NCBI GenBank assembly: GCA_963832795.1
Contig: CAWHVJ010000012.1
Span: 59,095 to 123,094 of the forward strand
Direction: 5' to 3'
DNA from: an uncultured bacterium
GTDB lineage: Bacteria; Chloroflexota; Dehalococcoidia; Tepidiformales; Tepidiformaceae
DNA length: 64,000 nucleotides
Part shown: positions 24,051 through 34,006 of the stretch, one piece after another
Numbering within the stretch: position 1 is the first letter of the stretch
How the letters are laid out: each line of letters starts with the position of its first letter
Translations under genes and position numbers: made by a program
Notes under the pieces: generated by a model
The model's input: only the letters and a program-made list of their open reading frames with translations
Told to the model about the DNA's origin: nothing
Databases searched by the model: none

Positions 24051-24431
24051 ATGGCACGTATCTCAGGAGTCGATATCCCCAACGATAAGCGCGCAGAAGT
24101 CGCGCTCACCTATATCTATGGGATCGGCCTTACTCGCTCCAAGGAGATCCTGGCCAATACCGGTGTCAGCCCTGACACCCATGGCCGCGACCTCACCGAC
24201 GACGAAGTCATCAAGATCCGCGACTACATCGATAAGCACTTCATCGTCGAGGGCGACCTGCGCCGCGAAGTGCGTCAGAACATCGGGCGGCTCGTCGAGA
24301 TCAACTGCTATCGCGGGCAGCGCCATCGCCGGAACCTCCCGGTTCACGGCCAGCGCACCCGCACCAATGCGCGCCAGAAGCGCGGCGCGCGCAAGACCGT
24401 TGCCGGCAAGCGCCGCGCGGGCAAGAAGTAA
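24051..24431 (+). CDS. rpsM: 30S ribosomal protein S13
   Basis: 126 aa of S13 sequence. Confidence 0.95.
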   Translation: MARISGVDIPNDKRAEVALTYIYGIGLTRSKEILANTGVSPDTHGRDLTDDEVIKIRDYIDKHFIVEGDLRREVRQNIGRLVEINCYRGQRHRRNLPVHGQRTRTNARQKRGARKTVAGKRRAGKK

Positions 24432-24447
24432 GAGGGGCTGACCAGGC

Positions 24448-24852
24448 ATGGCCGATGCAAAACGAGGAGCTGCTGGCCGCCGCGTGAAGCGGCGCGAGCG
24501 CAAGTCCATCCCGCGCGGGAAGGCGTTCATCAAGAGCACCTTCAATAACACGCTGGTCACGCTCACCGACCCCAACGGGAACGTGATCTCGTGGGCCAGC
24601 GCCGGCGGCTCCGGCTTCAAGGGCTCGCGCAAGGGCACGCCCTTCGCAGCGCAGCTCGCCGGGGAGAACGCTGCCCGCCGCGCGATGGAGCACGGTCTGC
24701 AGATGGTCGAAGTCTATGTCCGCGGAGCAGGAAGCGGCCGCGAGGCCGCCATCCGCTCCCTCCAGGCCTCCGGCCTCACCGTCACCGCCATTCGCGACGT
24801 GACGCCCATCCCCCACAACGGCTGCCGCGCCCCCAAGCGTCGGCGGGTCTAG
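24448..24852 (+). CDS. rpsK: 30S ribosomal protein S11
   Basis: 134 aa of S11 sequence. Confidence 0.95.
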   Translation: MADAKRGAAGRRVKRRERKSIPRGKAFIKSTFNNTLVTLTDPNGNVISWASAGGSGFKGSRKGTPFAAQLAGENAARRAMEHGLQMVEVYVRGAGSGREAAIRSLQASGLTVTAIRDVTPIPHNGCRAPKRRRV

Positions 24853-24871
24853 GAGTTAGAGAACCGCTTTT

Positions 24872-25501
24872 ATGGCACGTTACACAGGACCCGTCTGCCG
24901 CCTCTGCCGCCGCCACGGCGAAAAGCTCTTCCTCAAGGGCGAGCGCTGCTTCACGCCCAAGTGCAGCTTCGATCGGCGTCCCAATCCGCCAGGCCCCCGG
25001 CCGGCCCGCCGCCGCAAAATCAGCGACCGCGGCCTCCAGCTTCGCGAGAAGCAGCGCGCCCGCGTGACCTACGGTGTCCTCGAAAAGCAGTTCGTTCGCT
25101 ACTACAAGGAAGCTATCCGCCGTCCCGGCGTCTCCGGCGAGAACCTTGTCCGACTCCTCGAGACGCGTCTCGATAACGTCGTCTACCGCATCGGCTTCGC
25201 CGATTCCCGCAGCCAGGCCCGCCAGATCGTCCGCCACGGCATCATCGCCGTGAACGGCCGCAAGCTTGACGTGCCCTCGGCCCACCTCAAGGAAGGCGAC
25301 GTCGTCACGTTCACGCCCCGTGGTATCCGCAGCGAGTACTACAAGATCGTCCAGGAGACGCTCAAGTCCAAGAACCCGCCGTCGTGGTTGAGCCTCGATG
25401 TCGCCGCCATGAGCGGCCGCATGCTCGCGGCTCCCACCGTCGCGCACGGCGAAACCCATCTCTTCAACGAGAACATCATCATCGAATTCTACTCGCGCTA
25501 A
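24872..25501 (+). CDS. rpsD: 30S ribosomal protein S4
   Basis: 209 aa with an N-terminal CRLCRR zinc finger. Confidence 0.95.
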   Translation: MARYTGPVCRLCRRHGEKLFLKGERCFTPKCSFDRRPNPPGPRPARRRKISDRGLQLREKQRARVTYGVLEKQFVRYYKEAIRRPGVSGENLVRLLETRLDNVVYRIGFADSRSQARQIVRHGIIAVNGRKLDVPSAHLKEGDVVTFTPRGIRSEYYKIVQETLKSKNPPSWLSLDVAAMSGRMLAAPTVAHGETHLFNENIIIEFYSR

Positions 25502-25548
25502 TCGCGCGTTCACGGTCCGAACCCCTAGCAGTTGAGGCACGCACAAGC

Positions 25549-26751
25549 ATGATGGATTCCCTGGAGTTGATCGGACAGACCCCCGAAGAGGTGGTCCCGC
25601 AGCTCACTGTCGACGAAGAAACAGAACAATACGCACGGCTGATCGCGGAGCCGTTGGAGTCGGGCTACGGCATCACGCTGGGCAACGCCCTGCGTCGCGT
25701 GCTCCTCAGCTCTCTCGAAGGCGCCGCCGTCACCTCCGTCCGCATCGACCAGGTCGAGCACGAGTTCTCGACCATCGCCGGGATGCAGGAAGACACGACC
25801 GAATTCCTGCTCAACGTGAAGGAAGTGCGCCTCCGCGCCCTCAGCAATCGGAGCGGCACTCTGGCCCTCGATGTCGAAGGCCCTGGTGAGATCCGCGCAG
25901 GAGACATCCAGGTCCCGGCCGACTTCGAGATCGCCAACCCCGATCTCCACCTCGCCAACCTCGACAGCAACAAGGCGCGCCTGAACGTTGAGCTCCACGC
26001 TCAGCTCGGCAAGGGCTACGTCCCCGCCGGCAGCGTCGAAGGCATGCCCATCGGCGTCATTCCGGTCGATGCCGTCTTCACCCCTGTCCGCAAGGTGAAC
26101 TACCGCGTCGAAAAGACGCGCGTCGGCCAGTCAACGAACTACGACCGCCTTGTGCTCGAAGTCTGGACTGACGGCACCATTGGCGCCGTCGACGCCGTCG
26201 GCCAGAGCGCCGACATCCTCATGGACCAGTTCTCGCTCTTCAGCGCGATGGGCCGCCCGGACGTGCCGATGCTCGGCGCCGGTTCGACCCCCGGCGCATC
26301 CCCGAGCGGGGTCGGGATGCTGATGCCGCCCGACCGCTACAACACCCCCATCGAGGACCTCTCACTGTCCGTTCGCGCCTACAACTGCCTCAAGCGCAGT
26401 GGGCTCATGACGGTCGGCCAGGTGCTCGAGAAGAGCGAGGACGAGCTCCTCGCGCTCCGCAACTTCGGGCGCAAGTCCTACGACGAATTGCGCGACCGGC
26501 TCATCGAGCTCGGCTACGTCGACGGCGAGGCCGAGGGCCTCGTGCCCATCACCGATGCGCCCAAGGGCGCACCACCCGCCGCCGCCCGCGGCGCTGTCCC
26601 TGGCCGCCGGCCGGTGCGCACGAGCGCCGTCATCCTCGACGACGAGGACGAAGAAGAAAACCTGAGCGCCCTCGGCAAGGCGTTGAAAGAAGCACTCTTG
26701 AAGGACGGGAGCGCTGATGATCTCCATCGGCGCCGACGACGAGGACTAGCA
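25549..26751 (+). CDS. rpoA: DNA-directed RNA polymerase alpha subunit; the reading frame continues without a stop into rplQ
   Basis: ATG 25549 ([10 protein letters not shown]...). The N-terminal domain, the C-terminal domain ([21 protein letters not shown]) and an acidic tail are present. There is no in-frame stop before rplQ ATG 26752. Confidence 0.8.
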
Positions 26752-27363
26752 ATGCGACACCGTGTAGCCGGCCGCCATCTCGGCCGTGAGACCAGCCATC
26801 GCCTCTCGCTTTACCGCAACCTGGTCACCGACCTCCTGCGGTATGAGCGCATCACCACGACGGAGGCCAAGGCCAAGGAAATCCGGCCCATGGCGGAGAA
26901 GATCATCACGCTCGGACGGCGCGGTGATCTGCATGCCCGCCGGCAGGCTATGCGGTTCGTCTACGACACCCACGTCGTGAAGAAGGTCTTCGACGAGATC
27001 GGCCCTCGCATGGCCAGCCGCCCCGGCGGCTACCTGCGTATCACCGGCCTCGAGCCCCGCAAGGGCGACGGGGCCCGCATGGCCGCCATCGAGCTCGTCG
27101 ACTTCGTCGACGCGCCCGCCACGCCGCGCCCGGCGCGGGTCACTGCCGCGCCATCGGCCCCGTCCGCAAGGACCGAGACAATCGCGCCCGCGGCCCCGAC
27201 TGACGAGGCGGAGATGACCGAGCAGGAGCAGGACGAGGCTGTCGCAGAAGCCGAAGCCGAGCTCGGCGCCGAGGCGATGGTCGCCGAGGAAGCGGTAGAA
27301 GAAGCCGAGGCCGTCGCGGAAGCCGAAGCAGCAGCCGAAGGGGACGAGGAGGCGCCGGCCTAG
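26752..27363 (+). CDS. rplQ: 50S ribosomal protein L17 with an acidic Ala/Glu-rich C-terminal extension
   Basis: [43 protein letters not shown]... It has its own GAGGA RBS and lies in frame with rpoA. Confidence 0.85.
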   Translation: MRHRVAGRHLGRETSHRLSLYRNLVTDLLRYERITTTEAKAKEIRPMAEKIITLGRRGDLHARRQAMRFVYDTHVVKKVFDEIGPRMASRPGGYLRITGLEPRKGDGARMAAIELVDFVDAPATPRPARVTAAPSAPSARTETIAPAAPTDEAEMTEQEQDEAVAEAEAELGAEAMVAEEAVEEAEAVAEAEAAAEGDEEAPA

Positions 27364-27366
27364 GCC

Positions 27367-28143
27367 GTGCCTGCACTGGGCGAGGTGACGGCGAAGCGGT
27401 TCTCCGCCACCGTCAGCTACGACGGGACCCGTTTTGTTGGCTCTCAACGCCAACCCAACGGCAGGACCGTCCAGGGAGAACTGGAAACCGCGGCGGCGGC
27501 CCTCTTCGGAGAGCCCACCCGCGTGGAGCTGGCCGGACGCACCGATTCGGGCGTCCATGCCAGGGGCCAGGTCGCAGCCCTGTCCGCGGAAACGCGGCTG
27601 GATGCGGCAACCGTCGGGAGGGCGCTCAACGCCCACCTGCCGGACGATGTGGCAGTCCGCGCCGTGCGCGAGACCACGCCCGGGTTCGACCCGAGGCGCT
27701 GGGCGCGTCGACGCTGGTACCGCTACACCGTGCACAACGGCGAAGCGCGCGACCCGCTCACCCGCGGCCGCGCCTGGCACGTCGAGGGCAGCCTCGACAC
27801 CCGGGCGATGCTGCAGGCGGCCGAGGCGCTCACCGGAACGCGCGATTTCATCGCATGTTCCGGCCAACTGGAGGAAGGACGCACCTCGGTGCGTACCGTC
27901 TTCAAGGCGGGTTGGACCTGTGAGGGAACAACCCTCGCGTTCGACATCGAAGCAGACGCGTTTCTGCCGCAGATGGTTCGCCGGCTCACCGGCGCGCTTG
28001 TGCGGCTCGGGCGCGGATCGCAAACCGTGGAGGAATTCGTCCGCCTGCTGGAACAGGCAGAACCCGGCGCAATAGGGCCAACCGCCCCGCCCCATGGGCT
28101 CTGCCTCGAACGTGTGTGGTACGAAGAGGGATACCGGCAATGA
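27367..28143 (+). CDS. truA: tRNA pseudouridine(38-40) synthase
   Basis: GRTDSGVHARGQV catalytic-Asp motif. Confidence 0.88.
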   Translation: MPALGEVTAKRFSATVSYDGTRFVGSQRQPNGRTVQGELETAAAALFGEPTRVELAGRTDSGVHARGQVAALSAETRLDAATVGRALNAHLPDDVAVRAVRETTPGFDPRRWARRRWYRYTVHNGEARDPLTRGRAWHVEGSLDTRAMLQAAEALTGTRDFIACSGQLEEGRTSVRTVFKAGWTCEGTTLAFDIEADAFLPQMVRRLTGALVRLGRGSQTVEEFVRLLEQAEPGAIGPTAPPHGLCLERVWYEEGYRQ

Positions 28144-29030
28144 ACACGACCGTTCGCATCAAGGCGTCGCAAATCTACAAGGACTGGCACGTCATCGACG
28201 CCGCCGGCCGGCCTCTCGGCCGCGTCGCCAGCGAAGCTGCCATCCTCCTTCGCGGCAAGCACAAGCCGACCTACGAGCCCCATCTCGACGACGGCGACTT
28301 CGTCATCGTTATCAACGCGGGCCAGGTGAAAGTCACGGGTCGAAAAGCCGAGCAGATCAAGTATCACCGGCACTCGGGCTACCCGGGCGGTTTGCGCACG
28401 CGCACCTTCGTGGAGGAATTCACGCGGTACCCGGAGCGCGTCATCGAGCGCGCGGTCTGGGGCATGCTCCCCGGCGGTACCCTTGGCGAGGCCATGCTCA
28501 AGCACCTGAAGGTGTACAAAGGCGCGCACCATCCGCACCAGTCGCAGATCACCGGCTCCGAGCGAGCCCGCGCCGCCCGCGCCGAGGCCCTCGCGGCCTC
28601 GATCGGCGCGCCGATGCGTCCCGCGCGGCTCCGCAAGCTCAGCGTGCCCGTCGTCGTCGAAGCCGCCCAGCCGAAGCCCGCGCCAGCGGCAGAAAAGCCC
28701 GAGCCCAAGCCGAAGCGGGGCAAGGCCGCGCCGACCGAGGCCACCGTCGCCGCGACCGAAGCGGCCGCCGAGGCCGTTGAAGCGACGAGCGGCGTCGTCA
28801 CCACGACCGGCGCAACCCCGGCGGAAGCGGCCGTGGCGGCCGAGAAGAAGCCGCGCCGCTCGAAGGCCGCAGCCGAATCGGCTGCAACTGCCGAAGCACC
28901 CGCCGGCGAGGCGACAGCCGAAGCCCCAAAGCCCCGCACCCGCCGCAAGGCCGCTGAGCCTGCCGCGGACGCGTCCGACGCAACCCCAAAGCCGGCTCGC
29001 AAGCGCGCCGCACCCAAGACCGAGGAGTAA
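28140..29030 (+). CDS. rplM: 50S ribosomal protein L13 with a roughly 150-aa Ala/Pro/Lys-rich C-terminal extension
   Basis: ATGA overlap with truA. The L13 core (residues 1-145) is followed by a low-complexity AKP-rich tail. Confidence 0.88.
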   Translation: MNTTVRIKASQIYKDWHVIDAAGRPLGRVASEAAILLRGKHKPTYEPHLDDGDFVIVINAGQVKVTGRKAEQIKYHRHSGYPGGLRTRTFVEEFTRYPERVIERAVWGMLPGGTLGEAMLKHLKVYKGAHHPHQSQITGSERARAARAEALAASIGAPMRPARLRKLSVPVVVEAAQPKPAPAAEKPEPKPKRGKAAPTEATVAATEAAAEAVEATSGVVTTTGATPAEAAVAAEKKPRRSKAAAESAATAEAPAGEATAEAPKPRTRRKAAEPAADASDATPKPARKRAAPKTEE

Positions 29031-29033
29031 CCA

Positions 29034-29432
29034 ATGGCTGACCAGCAGTACTTTTACGGAACCGGGCGCCGCAAGACCGCCGTCGCGCGCGTGCGCCTCT
29101 ACCCAGGCAACGGCGCCATCGTCATTAACGGCAAGCCTCTCGAAGAGGTCTTCAGCCGCGACACACACCGCGCAGAAGTCACCTCGCCGCTGCGCCGCCT
29201 TCCTGGCGCGCCAAAGTTCAGCGCCCAGATCAAGTGCGAGGGCGGCGGCATCACCGGTTGGTCGGGAGCCATCCAGATGGGCATCGCTCGTGCGCTCGTC
29301 GCTTCCGACCCTTCCCTCAAGCCCAGCCTCAAGCGCGGCGAGAACCTCCTCACACGCGACCCACGCATGAAGGAGCGCAAGAAGGCCGGCCTGAAGCGCG
29401 CCCGAAAGGCTCCGCAGTTCACCAAGCGCTAA
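29034..29432 (+). CDS. rpsI: 30S ribosomal protein S9
   Basis: 132 aa ending in KR. Confidence 0.95.
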   Translation: MADQQYFYGTGRRKTAVARVRLYPGNGAIVINGKPLEEVFSRDTHRAEVTSPLRRLPGAPKFSAQIKCEGGGITGWSGAIQMGIARALVASDPSLKPSLKRGENLLTRDPRMKERKKAGLKRARKAPQFTKR

Positions 29433-29455
29433 GCGCACCGGTCAGTCCGAATCGC

Positions 29456-29490
29456 AAAGGCGGGTCTTTCCCAGGAGAGACCCGCCTTTC
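29456..29490 (+). terminator. hairpin terminator candidate after rpsI
   Basis: Perfect 12-bp inverted repeat AAAGGCGGGTCT...AGACCCGCCTTT immediately after the rpsI stop. Confidence 0.55.
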
Positions 29491-29564
29491 GTTCACCCAC
29501 CGTTCACGCGGGTGTCACGGCCCGGCGATACAGCGGGCCGCTGTGCCGTGCCGATCTCTACGGT

Positions 29565-30122
29565 GTGCGCCTGGGGAGAGCAAACATCATCCTGATCGCG
29601 TGCGGTCTGGCTACTGCCGGCGTCATCTACATGGGGACGCAGCACGGCTCCGCCGCCACGTACCACGATGCCGCCACCGACGGCATCGCTTCGGCTACCC
29701 CTACTGCCACCCGCACCGCGGTGCGCCGAACGCCCACACCCACGCCCTCGCCCAGCCCGACTCCAGTCACGATCACCCTCGGCCAGCTCCGCAACCTTCC
29801 CCGCGTCAGTGCCCCACCGCCGCCCGTTAGCCCGCCGCTCCCGGGCGGAAACGCCGCCACCAGCACACCCACTGCGACCACGCCGGGCACGGCGACTGAG
29901 ACACCTGCGACTTCCCCAACGCCGACCGGCACGCCGGCGCCGGGCACCCCCACGCCCGCGAGGCCCACGCCAAACCCGGGCACGCCTCCGAGCGAAGGTC
30001 CAGCGACCACGCCCACGCCGTCCGGCCTTTTGCCGTGGCAGGTCACGCCGCCCGCCCTGCCCCCGGCGTGGCCCGGGCCTGAACGCCCCGTTCGCTATCC
30101 ACCGCCAACCGAGACGCACTGA
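29565..30122 (+). CDS. Pro/Thr-rich secreted or membrane-anchored protein (hypothetical)
   Basis: GTG start, an N-terminal hydrophobic segment (IILIACGLATAGVIY), then PT-rich low complexity. Coding status is only moderately supported. Confidence 0.4.
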   Translation: MRLGRANIILIACGLATAGVIYMGTQHGSAATYHDAATDGIASATPTATRTAVRRTPTPTPSPSPTPVTITLGQLRNLPRVSAPPPPVSPPLPGGNAATSTPTATTPGTATETPATSPTPTGTPAPGTPTPARPTPNPGTPPSEGPATTPTPSGLLPWQVTPPALPPAWPGPERPVRYPPPTETH

Positions 30123-30172
30123 CACATCCCGTTGTAGGCTGGATTCACACAGTGAAGTGTGTGAGGTGATGT

Positions 30173-30394
30173 GTGGCCACGAATCTTGATATCCCGGCCG
30201 ACCTCATCACCGAGGCGCAGCGCGTCGGTCACCACAAGACCAAGAAGGCTGCGGTCACGGCTGCCCTCGAGGAGTACGTCCGACGCCGCCGCCAGCTGAA
30301 GATCTTCGATCTCGTGGGCAAGGTCGACTACTACGACGACTACGACCCGAAAGAGTTTCGGCAGCGGGGCCGCAAGCGGATCCTTCCCGAGTGA
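30173..30394 (+). CDS. vapB: VapB-family antitoxin (DUF2191-like)
   Basis: 73 aa: MATNLDIPADLITEAQRV...KTKKAAVTAALEEYVRRRR. GTGA overlap with the downstream PIN gene. Confidence 0.7.
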   Translation: MATNLDIPADLITEAQRVGHHKTKKAAVTAALEEYVRRRRQLKIFDLVGKVDYYDDYDPKEFRQRGRKRILPE

Positions 30395-30798
30395 GGGTCC
30401 TTGCCGACACGACCGTCTGGTCGTTGGCACTTCGACGACGCCGTGACCGGATCTCGACCGCCGAGGAGCGGTTGGTGGCGATTTGGGATGATGCAGTCCG
30501 CCGCGGCGAGGCCGTGCTGATAGGGCCTATTCGGCAGGAGACGCTGAGTGGTGTGCGCACAGCCGATGCATTCGCCCGTTTGCGTGACGCGTTGCGAGCC
30601 TTCACCGACGAGCCTTTGCTCCGCGAGGATTTCGAACGCGCGGCTGAGGTGATGAACGCCTGCATGAGACAGGGAATCCAGGGTTCGCCAACCGACTTCC
30701 TCGTCTGCGCCGTTGCGCTTCGCCTCGACGTGCCCGTGCTCACCGCCGATCGGGACTTCGCACGCTACGCCGGCGTCGTCCCGGTTCGGACGGCCTGA
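30391..30798 (+). CDS. vapC: VapC PIN-domain toxin
   Basis: LADTTVWSLALRR and a PIN acidic-residue pattern; 135 aa. Confidence 0.7.
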   Translation: MRVLADTTVWSLALRRRRDRISTAEERLVAIWDDAVRRGEAVLIGPIRQETLSGVRTADAFARLRDALRAFTDEPLLREDFERAAEVMNACMRQGIQGSPTDFLVCAVALRLDVPVLTADRDFARYAGVVPVRTA

Positions 30799-30986
30799 CG
30801 CCGCAATCCATACACCCGCGCTATGGCCATATGGGCCAGCTCAAGCCCGATTCATCTGGATCGCCACCTTGCAGAAGCGTAATGTTCAATACGATCGGCA
30901 GTCGGACGCAAAGCTAGCTGACAGGGGCGTCCACCGGGCGTAGGTCGCGGGAAGCATCTCCCGCAGAAGGCAAACCAGCAAAAGCC

Positions 30987-33014
30987 ATGGGTATCCTCAT
31001 TGTGGGCGCGGTCGTGCTGGCCGTGTTCCTTTTCCTTGTCATCGCCGGGCACATGCTCGTCAATATCGGCGGGCAACAGGTCGGCATACTCGAACGCCGC
31101 TACCTCGGCAAGAGCCTTCCGGAGGGCCGCGTCATCGCCATGAAAGGCGAGATCGGCATCCAGGCTCGCGTCCTTCCGCCAGGGCTGCACTTCCTCCCGC
31201 CCTTCCTCTACACCGTCAAGAAAGACGCCATGATCCTGATCGAAGACGACCAGGTCGGGCTCGTGCAGTCGATTGACGGCACCGCGCTCGACCCCGGCCG
31301 CATCTTCGCGCGCCACGTCGACGGCCACGACACCTTCCAGGATGGCCAGCGGTTCCTCGCCAACGGCGGCCAAAAAGGCCCTCAGGTCGACATCCTCCCG
31401 CCGGGCAAGTACCGCATCAACTCCTACCTCTTCCGCATCCGCATCGAAGAGGCGCTGATTGTCGCGCAGGGCCAGGTCGGGCTCGTCTCCGCGCGTGACG
31501 GCGAGCCGATGGAGCCGGGCCGGCTGCTCGCCCGTAAGACCGATGGGCACACCGCCTTCCAGGACGGTGAGGCTTTCGTCCGCAACGGCGGCCAGCGCGG
31601 CCCGCAGATCGAGCTCATCTTCCCCGGCCGCTACCGCATCAACACCGAGCTCTTCAACGTCGAAGTCCGCCCCGCCACGATCGTCAAGGCCAACCAGGTC
31701 GGCCTCGTCACAGCTCGTGACGGCGCGCCCCTCCCGCCGGATGAACTCGTCGCAACCAGCGTGCCCGGCCACAACGACTTCCAGGACTCGTCTGCGTTCC
31801 TCAAGAGCGGCGGCCAGCGCGGGCCGCAGTTCGACCTGCTCAAGCCTGGCACCTACTACATCAACCCCATGATGTTCGAAGTTGCTGTCGACGAGGTGGC
31901 CGTGGTCGAGCGGGGCGAAGTCGCCGTGCTCGTCTCCAACGTTGGCAAGCAGCCCGACCAGCTCCCCGAAGAGGACCGGCTCAAGGCCGGCCAGGAAGTC
32001 TATGTTGTCCCCGCCGGCTACAGGGGCATCCAGTCCGAAGTTGCCGGCCCCGGCGTCTACTACCTGAACCGCTGGGCGTTCATCGCCTACATCGTCCCCA
32101 CCACGAACCTCACCATCGACTGGGCCGTCGACGGCGTCTCGAACGACGACAGCACTGGCCCGGCTGTCCCGGCGGGCCAGATTAACCGCCTGCAGCTCTT
32201 CAACCCGCTCACGGTCGTCAGCCGCGACGGCTTCGAGATGAGCGTCAGCGTCAAGGTCGTCATTCGCGTTCGTCCCGACCAGGCGCCGCTGATGGTCGCG
32301 AAGATCGGCTCGATCGAAAACCTCATCGACCACGTCATCCACCCGATGATCGATTCTTCCTTCCGTAACCAGGCCTCGTCGTCCGGCGCCATGAACTTCA
32401 TGCAGGACCGCGCCGACGAGCAGCTGAAGGCCGAAGACCGAGCCCGCGACGAGCTGGAGAAGTACCACGTCGAGTGCGTCTCAGTCCTCATCTCGCAGAT
32501 CGTTCTCCCACAGGAGCTCATGTCCATTCAGACGCGGCGCGTGATCGCAGCCCAGCAACAGGAGATGTTCGTCGAGCAGCAGAAGGCGGAGCACGAGCGC
32601 ATCGCCACCGAGAACACCCGCGCCCAGGCCGACAAGCAGATCGAGCTCGTCTCGGCCCAGATCGGCGTGCAGATCGCCGAGCAGACCAAGCAGAAGACCA
32701 TCGTCGAGGCCGAGGGCCGCGCCCGCGCGGTCGAAGTCGAAGGCGAAGCCGAGGGCACGCGCATCCTCGCCGTTGGCACCGCCACCGCGGAGGCCTACGA
32801 GAAGCAGGTCGCCGCGGTCGGCCAGGCGAACCTCGCCGGCATCGAAGTGACCAAGGCCATCTCCGCCGCGGGGCTCAAGATCACGCCGGACATCGCCGTC
32901 AGCGGCGACGGCGCCGGAGGCGGGAGCGTCTTCTCCGCCTTCATCGCGCAACTCCTCCAGCAGAACCGCAACGGCTCGAGCAATGGCTCCACGACCGACG
33001 GCAACGCCCCGTAA
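30987..33014 (+). CDS. SPFH/flotillin-like membrane protein with a four-fold repeated N-terminal module
   Basis: An N-terminal TM is followed by four copies (the first one degenerate) of a 70-aa unit, QVGLV-x-DG-x-PGR...DGH-x-FQDG...NGGQ-x-GPQ...PG-x-Y-x-IN. A flotillin-like Ala/Glu/Gln-rich coiled-coil C-terminus follows. Confidence 0.6.
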   Translation: MGILIVGAVVLAVFLFLVIAGHMLVNIGGQQVGILERRYLGKSLPEGRVIAMKGEIGIQARVLPPGLHFLPPFLYTVKKDAMILIEDDQVGLVQSIDGTALDPGRIFARHVDGHDTFQDGQRFLANGGQKGPQVDILPPGKYRINSYLFRIRIEEALIVAQGQVGLVSARDGEPMEPGRLLARKTDGHTAFQDGEAFVRNGGQRGPQIELIFPGRYRINTELFNVEVRPATIVKANQVGLVTARDGAPLPPDELVATSVPGHNDFQDSSAFLKSGGQRGPQFDLLKPGTYYINPMMFEVAVDEVAVVERGEVAVLVSNVGKQPDQLPEEDRLKAGQEVYVVPAGYRGIQSEVAGPGVYYLNRWAFIAYIVPTTNLTIDWAVDGVSNDDSTGPAVPAGQINRLQLFNPLTVVSRDGFEMSVSVKVVIRVRPDQAPLMVAKIGSIENLIDHVIHPMIDSSFRNQASSSGAMNFMQDRADEQLKAEDRARDELEKYHVECVSVLISQIVLPQELMSIQTRRVIAAQQQEMFVEQQKAEHERIATENTRAQADKQIELVSAQIGVQIAEQTKQKTIVEAEGRARAVEVEGEAEGTRILAVGTATAEAYEKQVAAVGQANLAGIEVTKAISAAGLKITPDIAVSGDGAGGGSVFSAFIAQLLQQNRNGSSNGSTTDGNAP

Positions 33015-33081
33015 CCACGGCAAGGTGTCTCGGGTCATCCCGCCACGGCTGGATGACCCGGGAGCTGAGTGAGGTGGCCAT

Positions 33082-33888
33082 TTGGCCAACAACACCGTCC
33101 ATCGACACGGGCTCGGGCCCGTCTCCACCGTCGTGGTGCATGGCGGACCCGGCGCAGCTGGGGAGATGTGCCCGGTCGCCGAGGAGCTGGCCACGAGGAT
33201 GGGGGTGCTGGAACCGTGGCAGGCGGCACTGTCCGTCGACGGACAGGTCATCGAACTTGCCGCGAGCATCGCCGCACATGCGAACTGGCCGGTTAGCCTC
33301 ATAGGCCATTCTTGGGGGGCGTGGCTTGTCTTACTGACCGCCGCTGCCCGACCCGAACTGGTCCAGAACGTCCTTATTGTCAGCAGCGGCGTGTTCGACG
33401 ACGCGTATGTCCCGCTGATGCGTCAACGCCGACGGAAGCGGCTGGGCCCCGAGCTCGGTGACGAGTACGAGGAGTTGGTGAATCGGCTCGACGGCGCTAC
33501 CGCGGTGGAAAGCGATCGCATGCTCTCCCGGCTCGGAGAGCTGTCTGCCATCGCCGATGCGTTCGATCCCATTCCTCCTCCGGCCTGGGCTGCGCCGGCC
33601 GCAGGGCAGGGTGCTATCTACGGGGCCGTGTGGCCGCAAGCTGCGGCGATGCGTTCAAATGGTGAGTTGCTGTCACGCGTGGCGGCCGTGCGGTGTCCTG
33701 TTATTGGGATCCATGGCCGCAACGACACGTCGCCACCTGAGGGCGTCGAGCGGCCGCTGGGCGAAGTGCTGGGTGACTTCCGCTTCACGGTACTGGACAA
33801 TTGCGGTCACACGCCGTGGCTGGAACGACAGGCGCGCGACCGGTTCTTCGAACTGCTCTTCCGCGAGGTCGCGTCGCCTACTTCCTGA
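33082..33888 (+). CDS. alpha/beta hydrolase
   Basis: GHSWG nucleophile elbow; 268 aa. Confidence 0.65.
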   Translation: MANNTVHRHGLGPVSTVVVHGGPGAAGEMCPVAEELATRMGVLEPWQAALSVDGQVIELAASIAAHANWPVSLIGHSWGAWLVLLTAAARPELVQNVLIVSSGVFDDAYVPLMRQRRRKRLGPELGDEYEELVNRLDGATAVESDRMLSRLGELSAIADAFDPIPPPAWAAPAAGQGAIYGAVWPQAAAMRSNGELLSRVAAVRCPVIGIHGRNDTSPPEGVERPLGEVLGDFRFTVLDNCGHTPWLERQARDRFFELLFREVASPTS

Positions 33889-34006
33889 TCCCGAAGAGCG
33901 GGTGGCACGCGGCTGTTGCGCACCCGTTGCGTTGCGCCGCGCGGCACAACTCGCACTTCGCAACGTGATGAATTCCCTAAACGGCTGATGATCGGAGCAG
34001 GCCCAG

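Noticed and set aside
26746-29438. ORFs 26746..28140(-) and 27723..29438(-)
   Set aside because: Antisense to rplQ/truA/rplM/rpsI, with no conserved motifs.
30823-30837. Near-palindrome TGGCCATATGGGCCA downstream of vapC
   Set aside because: Imperfect (arms offset by one base), with no adjacent gene context suggesting an operator. Possibly just a weak terminator.
30852-32468. ORF 30852..32468(-), 538 aa
   Set aside because: Antisense to the SPFH repeat gene. Its translation is Asp/Val/Gly-rich, mirroring sense-strand codons.
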